A program made the position numbers and the translations under genes. The notes below the pieces were generated by a model that worked only from the letters and a program-made list of their open reading frames with translations, was not told the DNA's origin and did not search any database. From the NCBI GenBank assembly GCA_964504105.1, contig CAZDDB010000001.1, positions 1-53,257 of the forward strand: a stretch of 53,257 nt of DNA, written 5' to 3'. Source of the stretch: an uncultured Acidobacteriota bacterium. Lineage in GTDB: Bacteria; Acidobacteriota; HRBIN11; JAKEFK01. Positions within the stretch are counted from its first letter, which is position 1. Each line of letters starts with the position of its first letter. Shown piece by piece: positions 9,001 to 18,253 of the stretch.

Positions 9001-9957
9001 ATGCGTAACCATTCTGTTACGCTTCAGGACATTGAGAACGCACGCGGGCGCATCGCAAAGATTGCGCTTCGGACGCCGCTGGTTCGCTTGAACGTGGAGG
9101 ATGCGCCGGCAGAGATTTATCTAAAACTGGAGAACCTTCAGCCGATCGGGTCTTTCAAAGTTCGGGGCGCGGGAAACGCCATGCAGCTTGCGAGCGTCGA
9201 TGCTCTTGCGAACGGAGTTACCACCGCAAGCGCCGGAAACATGGCGCAAGGTGTTGCCTGGAATGCGAAGCGCCTCGGGATTTCGTGCACAGTGGTTGTT
9301 CCTGATCACGCACCGGAAACAAAACTTGCTGCGATTCGCCGGTTGGGTGCACAAATTGTTCAGGTTCCTTTTGACGAATGGTGGCAGGTAGTTCTCACAA
9401 GCCGTTTTGATGGCGCACAGGGTCTTTTTATCCATCCTGTTTCGGATCCCGGAGTGATGGCCGGCAACGGAACCATCGGTCTGGAAATTTTGGAAGACTT
9501 GCCCGAAGTGGCCACCATCCTTGTGCCGTATGGTGGGGGAGGACTGAGTTGCGGAATTGCGACTGCTGTTCGCGCGCGAAAGTCCGGCGTCCGGATCTAC
9601 GCCTGTGAAGTGGAAACAGCCGCTCCGTTCGCGGCTTCACTGGCAGCAGGATGCCCCCGCGAAATTTCCTACACTCCCAGCTTTGTAGATGGCATCGGAG
9701 GTAAGAGCGTTCTTCCGGAAATGTGGCCCCTTGCCTGTTCACTGCTAGATGGTTCACTTGTCGTGAGTCTTGCCGAAGTTGCGGCCGCAATCCGCCTGCT
9801 GGTTGAGCGCAACCGTGTGATCGCAGAAGGAGCGGGAGCAGTCTCCGTTGCGGCTGCGCTATCCGGCAAAGTGGGTTCCGGAAAGATCGTTTGCGTCGTC
9901 TCCGGCGGCAACATCGATTCCGCGAAACTGATCAAGATCCTTGCAGGCGAGCTCTAG
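9001..9957 (+). CDS. PLP-dependent threonine/serine dehydratase-like enzyme (fold-type II)
   Basis: PLP-lysine motif GSFKVRGA, glycine loop VPYGGGGL, 318 aa. Tightly packed behind the OCD-family gene (2-nt gap). Confidence 0.85.
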   Translation: MRNHSVTLQDIENARGRIAKIALRTPLVRLNVEDAPAEIYLKLENLQPIGSFKVRGAGNAMQLASVDALANGVTTASAGNMAQGVAWNAKRLGISCTVVVPDHAPETKLAAIRRLGAQIVQVPFDEWWQVVLTSRFDGAQGLFIHPVSDPGVMAGNGTIGLEILEDLPEVATILVPYGGGGLSCGIATAVRARKSGVRIYACEVETAAPFAASLAAGCPREISYTPSFVDGIGGKSVLPEMWPLACSLLDGSLVVSLAEVAAAIRLLVERNRVIAEGAGAVSVAAALSGKVGSGKIVCVVSGGNIDSAKLIKILAGEL

Positions 9958-10082
9958 AGATAGATTTTTCTGCAGTCATGACCAGTATACTAAATCAACC
10001 AGTACCGTTTAGTTCGATAAGCCAGGAACGGTCTGGCAACTACGTTTGACAGTTCCCCGGCAAAGTAGTTAACGTAGGGAAC

Positions 10083-13000
10083 ATGAAATGGAGCAAAGAA
10101 GACTCCAGCCAATTGGAGCCAACGGTTGATACGCCCAGCCCATTGAAGCACCACCTGCTACCGGGCTCCAATTTCGGCAATCGCTACAAGGTCGTACACA
10201 TACTCGGGGAAGGCGGGATGGGTACCGTATATCGAGCGTATGATAAGGAGCTGAATCGCGAAGTCGCTCTGAAGCTGATCAAACCATCCGCAACGGACGA
10301 AGTCATTGTAATGGAGCGATTCAAGCGGGAAATCCTTCTTGCGAGCAAAATCACGCATAAGAATGTTTTGCGGATCCATGATCTCGGGGACGTGGATGGC
10401 ACCAAATACGTCTCGATGAACTATGTGAAGGGGGAGAATCTTAGCGCGACCCTCAAACGCCAGGGTGCGCTCCCCATCGATCGAGCAGTGGATCTTGTCC
10501 AACAATTTTGCCACGGTTTGAAAGCGGCACATGACGAAGGCGTCTTGCACCGGGACTTGAAGCCGCAAAACATACTTATCGATGAACGGGACCACCTCTA
10601 TATAACCGATTTTGGTCTTGCCCGCTCCATTGATCTGAAAACAGAGAAATCTCTCACGCGTACAGGGGCAATGATGGGAACACCGATGTATATGTCGCCC
10701 GAGCAAATCAAAGCGGAAGAGCCCGACAAGCGTTCCGACCTGTACACCTTTGGCCTGATCCTCTATGAAATCCTCACCGGTGAGTTTCCTTTTGAAATGA
10801 CCAAAGGGTATGAATCCCTTTTCAAACGCGTCCGCGAAAAGCCAAAAGATCCGAGTCACGTTCGTTCCGAAATTCCTGATTATCTGGCAGAAATTGCCAT
10901 GAAATGCATGGAACCGCAGATGGAATGGCGCTATCAGGATGCTGGTGAAATCCTGGAAGACCTCGAAGCGCGAAGTGTGCGGCACGTCGGCAAAAGCTTG
11001 AAGCGGCGACTCCCCTGGCGGAAACCTGCGCTAGCCGCAGCCTTGTTCATCATCGTTTTTCTGGGTGTATGGTGGTTCTTTCATCGCGAACCGGCACAGA
11101 GTCCGGTCATTGCTCGAACCGTGCTGACTGCTCTGCCGATGGAAAATGCAACGGGGGATAAGTCACTTGAATGGATGAGTACAGGAATTCCGGACATGAT
11201 CGTTGGAATTTTGCGGGAAAACGGGAACGTTCAAGTGGTATCGAGAAGCCGTCTGGCTCAGATTCAAAGAGGCTTACAATTCCCGGAACAGAAAATGACC
11301 GCCCAGGCCTTAGCCCGGCACGTCGCTGAACTGGGTGGGGCAAATACGATACTCACGGGCAAATTCACGAAAGAGAACGGAGTCCTTAGCGTAACCGGAT
11401 TACTCATGGATTTCAAAGTAGATCCGGTTGCACCCTCCCAGATCGACGCGCGCGGAAACATCGAGCGCATTGTAGCGACACTATCCAGGCAGATCCAGCA
11501 ACTCAGCGGCTTCGCTGCCAGGGTAGATCGAGACCCGTCCGGCAGTGTCAAAAAGCTGTTGAGTACCTCCCAAGCAGCCCTCAGCTCCTACTATGAGGGT
11601 TTGAGTTTGTTGGATCAAGTCGATCAAGTGTTTTCACGTTTTCCTTGGCTACCGGCGCCCAGAAGCTTGACCATCCCAGAGAAAGCAACTGAACTGCTTA
11701 AAAAAGCTGTACAACAAGATCCATCCTTTGCTCTCGCACATGCGAAACTCGCGGAAGTCTATTACGGCATGGGTCAATCAGAGCAAGCGCAGCGCTCTTT
11801 GCAAAACGCCATGAAAGCCTCCGATGCGCTGCCACAATACGAGTTCCTTCAGCTGCAACTGCTCCAGGCAAAGCTGAAGAATAATTCCGAGAAAACGATC
11901 CAGGCATATCGGCAGCTTCAGTCCGCGTATCCAAACAGCCCGGAGGCGTATGCTGATCTAGGATCGTTCTTTTACGACCAGGAAGACTGGAAGCAGGCAC
12001 TGGAGAATTATCAGAAGGCCTGGGAACTTGACCCTAAGTCCGTTTACGTATTGATGGACCTGGGCGTAACGGAATGGAAAAATGCGAATCCGCAAAACGC
12101 ACTGAAGTACTTGACGGATGCACAAACGCTCAGCCTCCAATTCGAAAGTGATCAAGAGCGCTCGGAACTGTTGATTGCGCTCGGTTTAGTCTACTGGTCC
12201 CTGCAGTACCACGAATCTGCTTTGGAGCATTATCAAAAGGCGTTGCAAATCAAGTCCCGGATCGGTGATAGGAAACAGGTCGCTACGATTCTGAATAATA
12301 TGGCAATTGTTTACAAAGAAATGGGACGCTACGAGGATTCCCGTCGCAGCTATCAGGAAGCTCTGGCTATCGATCAACAACTCGGTTATAAAAAGGGGAT
12401 CGCATGGATTCTAAACAACCTGGGAAACCTGGCGGAGAAGTTTGGTTACTTTGATGAGGCTCTCGACTATCACACTCGAGGGCTGGACGTTGCTAGGACA
12501 GTAAAGTCCCGGTTTGATATCGCAAACGGGTTGGGCAATATCGGATGGATCTATTATCTTCGTGGCCGTTATACAGACGCTGCGACATATTATCAGTTAG
12601 GGCTACAGGAAATTGGGGACACCGACCGCATGCTCAAAGCTCGGATTCTCTTCTACAAAGGAATCCTTTTGACGGACGTGGCTAAGTATGCTGATGCCCT
12701 GGATTCTTTTTCGCCGGCGCTCAAGATTTGGCGAGACAGTCAGGACGCTGTAGGGCTTGCATTCACTTTGATCCATTCCGCCGGCACATACAATTTGCTC
12801 GGTCTCTTTGATGAAGGGAACAAGCGCATTGAGGAGGCACAGAAAGTCGCAAATGGTATCAATGATAAAGAAGCTTCTACCGATCTGTTGATGCGGCGGT
12901 GCGAGATGCTGCGCTTGCGGCAAGAGCTGAATTCAATCGAACCGTTGATAACTCAGACCCAGCAGGTGGCTGAGGAAAGCAAGGTCGTTAGGGCAATGCT

Positions 13001-13481
13001 GGTCGCCCGGTTGGAAGTAGCCGCGCTTTACAATCAGTTGCACGAACCTGATCGTTCCCTTCCTCTGCTTCAAAAGACTCTAAAGGAAACAGAAAGAATG
13101 GGATTAAAGCCGCTCACTGTACGGGCGAAAGCAGAAATCGGCAAAGCATACGAACTGCAGCACAAGCCCATGGAAGCACTTCGGGAGATCCGGTCGGCTA
13201 TTGACCTTGCCGGACAACTCGGACTTCAGGAGACATTACTTCAAAGCCACTTCGTCGCAGCAAGAATCTACCAGAGCCAAAACAAGCCCGATTCTGCCCT
13301 GAAACATTACCAGCAGGCTCTAGATGTCGTGGACGAAATCCGGAAAGACGCAGGCAACAACGCCGCAAGTTTCACACAGCGAAAAGATGTGCAGGAGCTG
13401 CTACATAAGGCGGCCGCCACCTTCAAGGCTGCCGGCCAGGAAAAACAGTTCGCGTCCTATGCCCAATGGATGCTTCAGTAA
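10083..13481 (+). CDS. Ser/Thr protein kinase with TM helix, extracytoplasmic domain and long TPR array
   Basis: Hanks kinase motifs GEGGMGTVY, VALK, HRDLKPQN, DFGLA, SPEQ. TM helix ALAAALFIIVFLGVWWFF. More than 600 aa of TPR-like repeats. Confidence 0.9.
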   Translation: MKWSKEDSSQLEPTVDTPSPLKHHLLPGSNFGNRYKVVHILGEGGMGTVYRAYDKELNREVALKLIKPSATDEVIVMERFKREILLASKITHKNVLRIHDLGDVDGTKYVSMNYVKGENLSATLKRQGALPIDRAVDLVQQFCHGLKAAHDEGVLHRDLKPQNILIDERDHLYITDFGLARSIDLKTEKSLTRTGAMMGTPMYMSPEQIKAEEPDKRSDLYTFGLILYEILTGEFPFEMTKGYESLFKRVREKPKDPSHVRSEIPDYLAEIAMKCMEPQMEWRYQDAGEILEDLEARSVRHVGKSLKRRLPWRKPALAAALFIIVFLGVWWFFHREPAQSPVIARTVLTALPMENATGDKSLEWMSTGIPDMIVGILRENGNVQVVSRSRLAQIQRGLQFPEQKMTAQALARHVAELGGANTILTGKFTKENGVLSVTGLLMDFKVDPVAPSQIDARGNIERIVATLSRQIQQLSGFAARVDRDPSGSVKKLLSTSQAALSSYYEGLSLLDQVDQVFSRFPWLPAPRSLTIPEKATELLKKAVQQDPSFALAHAKLAEVYYGMGQSEQAQRSLQNAMKASDALPQYEFLQLQLLQAKLKNNSEKTIQAYRQLQSAYPNSPEAYADLGSFFYDQEDWKQALENYQKAWELDPKSVYVLMDLGVTEWKNANPQNALKYLTDAQTLSLQFESDQERSELLIALGLVYWSLQYHESALEHYQKALQIKSRIGDRKQVATILNNMAIVYKEMGRYEDSRRSYQEALAIDQQLGYKKGIAWILNNLGNLAEKFGYFDEALDYHTRGLDVARTVKSRFDIANGLGNIGWIYYLRGRYTDAATYYQLGLQEIGDTDRMLKARILFYKGILLTDVAKYADALDSFSPALKIWRDSQDAVGLAFTLIHSAGTYNLLGLFDEGNKRIEEAQKVANGINDKEASTDLLMRRCEMLRLRQELNSIEPLITQTQQVAEESKVVRAMLVARLEVAALYNQLHEPDRSLPLLQKTLKETERMGLKPLTVRAKAEIGKAYELQHKPMEALREIRSAIDLAGQLGLQETLLQSHFVAARIYQSQNKPDSALKHYQQALDVVDEIRKDAGNNAASFTQRKDVQELLHKAAATFKAAGQEKQFASYAQWMLQ

Positions 13482-13490
13482 AAAGATAAA

Positions 13491-14378
13491 TTAACTTTTC
13501 CCGCTTTCGTTCCCAAGTGAGAGTAAATCCATGAATTGACGGATAGCGAATACGATCTGTCTGGCTGTAGACTGTAGATACGCTGCATATTGTGCGCTCA
13601 GGTATCCATCATTCAGCTTATCTTGGACGACCGTCTCGAATTCTGTTAACAGTTTAATGGCATCTTCGAATCGCTTCTCATTAATTGCTTTGTTTGCCTC
13701 CTGAAGGGGCTTCGGGTCAATAACGGGCTTCCCATCATAACCGAGGGGAATCTTTTCCTCCAGTTTCTTGGTAAGCTTGTTTGTAATGTGCTTCGGTTCT
13801 TTTAAGGAATCCTTGTGCAGATTGACCAAAAAGAAATCGGACTTGCCTCCCGTGTCTCCACCCCCTTTTCCGTCATCCGCCGGGGTAGGACCTTTCTCTA
13901 CAACAGTTGTAATGTCTGAGCAAGTGCCATCGGCTTTTTTGTGAATCAGGCGCATCTTAAAGGCTTTACCCCCCCCCGTCACGACCTCTGCGTAATTCAC
14001 GATCTCGATATGCATCGGAAACTCTTTCGGATAACAATTGTCAACTGGTTTGATTCGATAAATGGAATATTGATCTGATCCCGCCGGCATGGTCGGCTCT
14101 TTTATCGGCACACTCTTGTTATACCAGCCTTTTGCATCTAAGCAGGCAAATTCTTTTAGATCCGTCACGGCATCGCGCGTGACTTGTAGCTTGCACTTAC
14201 CCTCCATTGTAATCTTCACGACAGCGTCGGCCTCCCCATCACCTGCGCCAAATTTGAACTTGATCGGTGTGTCTCCCTCCTGAGTTTCGGCTGCGGTTAC
14301 GCCTACACCTATCATTCCAAGCATAAGAAACAGTACAGCTAGCGTGAAAGCGAAAATAACTTTGAATCGATTTTCCAT
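13491..14378 (-). CDS. secreted hypothetical protein
   Basis: 295-aa ORF with a strong RBS (AAGGAGGA upstream of ATG 14378) and a signal peptide (VIFAFTLAVLFLMLGMIGVGVTAAE). I recognise no family. Confidence 0.7.
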   Translation of the reverse strand: MENRFKVIFAFTLAVLFLMLGMIGVGVTAAETQEGDTPIKFKFGAGDGEADAVVKITMEGKCKLQVTRDAVTDLKEFACLDAKGWYNKSVPIKEPTMPAGSDQYSIYRIKPVDNCYPKEFPMHIEIVNYAEVVTGGGKAFKMRLIHKKADGTCSDITTVVEKGPTPADDGKGGGDTGGKSDFFLVNLHKDSLKEPKHITNKLTKKLEEKIPLGYDGKPVIDPKPLQEANKAINEKRFEDAIKLLTEFETVVQDKLNDGYLSAQYAAYLQSTARQIVFAIRQFMDLLSLGNESGKS

Positions 14379-14549
14379 CGTGTCCTCCTTGGCCTAATCA
14401 GCGGAGTTAATTCGCTCACTCCGATTTAAACGAAACCCCCATGTCAAGAGTGGCGCTCCGCCTCTGACCATGTATCATATACGCAAATGCAACCGGCACC
14501 AAAGCCCTCTAAAAAGCAGAACATCCGGAGAATACGGTGCGTGCTGTTA

Positions 14550-14764
14550 CTAAGGGCCTGCACAAAAATAACTTCCCATTTTGGCGCGAGCGGCGGGCGG
14601 CAGATGGCGTCTGCCGCCGCGCCCCCTCGGGCTGCGGCCCTCAAGGCCGCTGGCTTCGTTGCTCGCTCCTTACATACCGCAGCGGGTATGCGTGTCGCTC
14701 GCGCCTCGCCATCGACCTTGCGGGCCAGCAGCAAAATGGGAAGTTATTTTTGCGCAGGCCCTAA
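14550..14764. mobile_element. MITE-like non-coding element: ~34-bp terminal inverted repeats flanking a GC-rich, multi-hairpin core
   Basis: Left end ctaagggcctgcacaaaaataacttcccattttg (14550-14583). Right end caaaatgggaagttatttttgcgcaggccctaag (14731-14764); its reverse complement differs at 2 positions. A solo partial copy lies at 49224-49250. Confidence 0.5.
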
Positions 14765-14962
14765 GTAGGCGTGGAAGGGATCGATGAAACGTAAAATATG
14801 GATTGCGCTAGCGGTGATGCCCGCTGCTTTGCAGACGGCACAGGCGGAGGCACCACAATCACTGGCGGCAAAAATTGAGCGAAAAAGAGAATGCTTTTAT
14901 TTTCTCAGACGGTATTCGAGAAGTTTTGCCTTTAACAGTTTCCTAGTGACTTCGTAAAAGCC

Positions 14963-15046
14963 GGTTCAGGCAAAATCGTGTGCGTCGTATCTGGCGGCAA
15001 CATCGATTTTGCGAAGCTGATCAAAATCCTGAGCGGGGAGCTCTAG
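14963..15046 (+). pseudogene. orphan duplicate of the last 27 codons plus stop of the dehydratase-like gene (compare 9874-9957)
   Basis: Hand alignment gives 69/84 nt identical, with most changes synonymous. It encodes GSGKIVCVVSGGNIDFAKLIKILSGEL* versus GSGKIVCVVSGGNIDSAKLIKILAGEL*. There is no upstream ORF body. Confidence 0.8.
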
Positions 15047-15209
15047 CTCTTTTACCACAAAGGCGCCCCGGCGTTTTCACCCGAGATTTTCTTCCGGCAG
15101 GGGGGAACCAAATGGCGAGTAGGCGCGTCTTATAGATTGAATGCATCTACTCCGTTCTAGTTAGTTGGGGGCGCCCGCAATGGCGGGCGCTCCTGCCCCC
15201 TCACCTAGA

Positions 15210-17213
15210 CTACAGCGCGGCGATCTCAACGCGGGCGTCGTTAAAACAGGCTCCACCGGCTGTACCGAGTGTATCGGGAGACAGCGCATTAGAAGTCAGA
15301 CCATTGAGAGAGGCTTTTCTCCACGCGCCTTTTGGGATGGAAACCACACCTGGCCGGACTTCGGAACGGATCCGAAGTTTGCAATGCACTTCGCCGTACT
15401 CATTAAAAACGCGCACGAAAATTCCATCTTTGAGATTTCGTGAAGTCGCGTCTTGTGGATGCATTTCGGCGAATAGTTCCGGCAAATTGTATTCACCCAG
15501 AGATGAGCTGATCGTTTTGTTTGTGGCAGGACTGATCAACGCCAGCGGATAACGCGGGTCTGCACTGTCTTCGATATATTCATACGGATGCTCACCCAGC
15601 GTTGACGGCGCCAGATTGATTTTGCTGTCAGTTGTCCAGGGAAACGTTGTCTGAAACTGGATGGGCATGGGCCCGGGGAAATCAAAGAAGAGCAAACGTT
15701 TTTCCCGAAGCTCTTCCAGTGTTACATTTTTTCCAAGGCCGCGGATCGCGCCGGCGGCACGGCGCAAATAGTCTTCTGTGGTCTCCTGAAACGCCGAATC
15801 GGTCCATCCCATCCCGCGGCCGAGCGTTGCAAACACCTGTTCGTTCGGTTTTGCCTCTCCGCATGGTGGAATCACGGGCGCGGAATATTGCAGCACGTAG
15901 CTGCCGTAGGATTTCTTGATCTCTTCCTGCTCCAGAAATGTGACCGCAGGCAACAGGACATCTGCAAACATGGCGGTATCTGTTACGATCTGGTCAAAGA
16001 CAATGGTGAACAGATCTTCGCGTGCGAGTCCCTGAAGCACTGCCTTCTGGTTCGGCATGGTTGCCGCGGGGTTGCAATTGTAGACAAAGAGAGCTTTGAG
16101 GGGCGGCTTCTTTTCTTCCAAAAGGAGTCTGCCCAGGTGATTCATGTTCAATTCGCGCGTAATCCAGATTGGAGCATCCACCAGCTTGTTGCTCATGACT
16201 TTTGCGGAACTGCTGTTGCTCAATGTGTATCCGCCACCGCGTACTCCAAACTTTCCAAGCAGAGCCGGCATCGCCAAAATGGCTGCGGAGGACTGTCCCC
16301 CGTTGCGGTTCCGCTCCTGCCCCCAGCCGATTCTAATCAGAGCGGGATTGGCGTTCGCGTACATCAGTGCCAGCTTCTCGATGTCGACGGCAGGAACTCT
16401 AGCGATCGATGCCGCTTTATCTAAAGTGTATTGGGAGGCTCGTTCAAGCAAAACATCAAGACCAACTGCATGTTGCTCGAGAAAATCATTGGCCAGCATC
16501 TTGTTCTGATGCCAGTAGCGAATCATCGCCATCGCGACTGCCAGATCGGTGCCGGGATAAACAGGAAGATGCAGATCATATTCGCGCCGGGAATAATTCA
16601 GTTTGGGGTCTACGATCGCGATCTGCGCACCGTTTGCTTTCGCCTTCTTCAGAATGGGCACCAGATGAATGTTGGAAGCCTTTGCGTTTGCTCCCCAGAT
16701 CAGGATCATTTTTGCATGCACATAATCTTCGAACGCGACGCCCGGCATCTTTCCGTACATTCCTGCTGCTGCCGCGCTGGTCGGCGCGGCGCACACGGTT
16801 CGCGCCAGCCGCGACGCTCCCAGCTTTGCGAAAAAGGCTCGATCGCTCGTGTCCTGACCAAGGATCCCGTTTGATCCTCCGTATGAGAAGGGGAGTATCG
16901 CTTCGCCGCCAAACCGTTCTCGAATCGATTGAAATTTGCCGCAGATCAAATCAATCGCCTCATCCCAACTGATTCGGACAAACTCTCCTGCGCCTTTTGG
17001 CCCCGTGTGCTTCATCGGATACAGAATGCGATCCGGAGAATAGAGTCGCTTTGTGAAGTTCGCGACTTTTGAGCAAATGAATCCGTCTGTAGTTGGGTTC
17101 AACGGTGAAGGCGAGATTTTGGTGACACGTCCGTTCTGAACTTCCACTTCCAGACTGCACGTGTCGGGGCAATCCATCGGGCAAACGGAGGGGAGCGTCC
17201 TGATTTCCATCAC
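15210..17213 (-). CDS. molybdopterin (bis-MGD, DMSO-reductase superfamily) oxidoreductase, cytoplasmic
   Basis: N-terminal 4Fe-4S motif CPMDCPDTCSLEV..C, 667 aa with typical molybdopterin-oxidoreductase and C-terminal dinucleotide-binding-domain patterns. No Tat signal. Confidence 0.85.
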   Translation of the reverse strand: MMEIRTLPSVCPMDCPDTCSLEVEVQNGRVTKISPSPLNPTTDGFICSKVANFTKRLYSPDRILYPMKHTGPKGAGEFVRISWDEAIDLICGKFQSIRERFGGEAILPFSYGGSNGILGQDTSDRAFFAKLGASRLARTVCAAPTSAAAAGMYGKMPGVAFEDYVHAKMILIWGANAKASNIHLVPILKKAKANGAQIAIVDPKLNYSRREYDLHLPVYPGTDLAVAMAMIRYWHQNKMLANDFLEQHAVGLDVLLERASQYTLDKAASIARVPAVDIEKLALMYANANPALIRIGWGQERNRNGGQSSAAILAMPALLGKFGVRGGGYTLSNSSSAKVMSNKLVDAPIWITRELNMNHLGRLLLEEKKPPLKALFVYNCNPAATMPNQKAVLQGLAREDLFTIVFDQIVTDTAMFADVLLPAVTFLEQEEIKKSYGSYVLQYSAPVIPPCGEAKPNEQVFATLGRGMGWTDSAFQETTEDYLRRAAGAIRGLGKNVTLEELREKRLLFFDFPGPMPIQFQTTFPWTTDSKINLAPSTLGEHPYEYIEDSADPRYPLALISPATNKTISSSLGEYNLPELFAEMHPQDATSRNLKDGIFVRVFNEYGEVHCKLRIRSEVRPGVVSIPKGAWRKASLNGLTSNALSPDTLGTAGGACFNDARVEIAAL

Positions 17214-17299
17214 TTACAAGCAGAGCTTATCTGAGCAAGCGTGAAACTGTAAAGTACCAATTCCAGGAATTTCACCGAAATTTCCAGATTTTGTCTTCT

Positions 17300-18253
17300 T
17301 CATTTCACGCCCAGCTTTTCCAGAGAGCGTTTCACCATGATCCCGACCATGTGGCGCCGGTAGTCCATGGTGCTTGCGGAAGTCTTGAGCGGCTTCGCGG
17401 CCCGCATGGCGAGCTTGCGCACCTCCTCCGAAACATGGGGAGGATCGTGCAGCAGCACGGGAAGCGGATTGACTGCAGTCAGACCGATTCGCAGATCCTG
17501 GATGTCTCCATTCGATTTCTTGATGGCCACTGCAACGCCTGCAAGCGGATAATCCACCGATCCACGCATCCGGAATTTTTCATAGGATCCGGCATAGCCA
17601 CGTGATTCGGCGGGAACCAGAATCTCCGTAAGAATTTCGCCCGGTTCAATTCTGTTCCGGACCAAGCCATCATTCAGGAAGAATTCCGGAAGCGAAACAA
17701 TTCGATCTCCAGTTGAAGAGGAAAGCTTGATTTTCGCGTGAAGCGTCAGAAGAGCGGCCGCGGTGTCTCCGGAATAAACCGCCCAGCAAGTCTTGCTTCC
17801 TGGTGCGACATGACACATCGCGCCGTCCTTCTTGATGCAGAAACCGCACGACTGGCGCCAGAAATAGGATTGGTTGTACCAGTAGCAGCGCGTATCCAGA
17901 CAGATATTTCCGCCAATCGTTCCAACATTGCGCAGCCCGGGGCCCGCAACCGTGAATGCTGCCTGTTGCAGAACCGGAAACTCTTTCCGGATCAGCGGAT
18001 TTGCGGCTACTTCAGTGATCGTGGTCAATGCACCGATGCGAATTCCACCATCGCGCAATTCGTGGATCCCGTGCAGCTCCTTGAGAGACTTTATATCGAG
18101 CAAATACTGTGGTTCAAACAAGCGTTGTTTCAAGCTTGGGACGATGTCCGTTCCGCCCGCAAGAATCTTTGTGGAGCTCTTGTTTTCCGTATAAAATTCG
18201 AGCGCTTCTTTTAGCGTTTCGGGGATGATTACGTCAAATACGGGAAGTGTCAT
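17300..18253 (-). CDS. xanthine dehydrogenase-family FAD-binding (medium) subunit with HcrB-like Cys-rich insertion
   Basis: FAD motifs LAGGTDIVP and GTIGGNIC. Inserted loop CYWYNQSYFWRQSCGFCIKKDGAMCHVAPGSKTCW. Overlaps the 3' end of the large-subunit gene by 20 nt. Confidence 0.85.
   Translation of the reverse strand: MTLPVFDVIIPETLKEALEFYTENKSSTKILAGGTDIVPSLKQRLFEPQYLLDIKSLKELHGIHELRDGGIRIGALTTITEVAANPLIRKEFPVLQQAAFTVAGPGLRNVGTIGGNICLDTRCYWYNQSYFWRQSCGFCIKKDGAMCHVAPGSKTCWAVYSGDTAAALLTLHAKIKLSSSTGDRIVSLPEFFLNDGLVRNRIEPGEILTEILVPAESRGYAGSYEKFRMRGSVDYPLAGVAVAIKKSNGDIQDLRIGLTAVNPLPVLLHDPPHVSEEVRKLAMRAAKPLKTSASTMDYRRHMVGIMVKRSLEKLGVK

Noticed and set aside
10158-10985. 275-aa minus-strand ORF, and similar long antisense ORFs (for example 5190-5864, 7075-7590, 27805-28440, 29975-30658, 39915-40430, 48108-48719)
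   Set aside because: They are fully embedded antisense to genes with unambiguous family motifs, and have no RBS and no recognisable domains. These are shadow ORFs.
14444-14787. Four overlapping ORFs (68-96 aa) on both strands
   Set aside because: They lie inside the GC-rich core of the MITE-like palindromic element. They have no RBS and are Ala/Arg/Gly-rich, which is typical of GC-driven spurious frames.
14783-14957. 58-codon ORF (MKRKIWIALAVMPAALQTAQAEAPQSLAAKIERKRECFYFLRRYSRSFAFNSFLVTS*)
   Set aside because: A signal-peptide-like start is followed by low-quality sequence. It is most likely the 5' remnant of a gene truncated at the island junction. It is too short and atypical to call as a functional CDS.
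15166-15195. GC-rich hairpin (gggggcgcccgc-aatg-gcgggcgctcc) as a terminator of the molybdopterin oxidoreductase gene
   Set aside because: The stem is good, but there is no U-tract on either strand. It cannot be called an intrinsic terminator from sequence alone.
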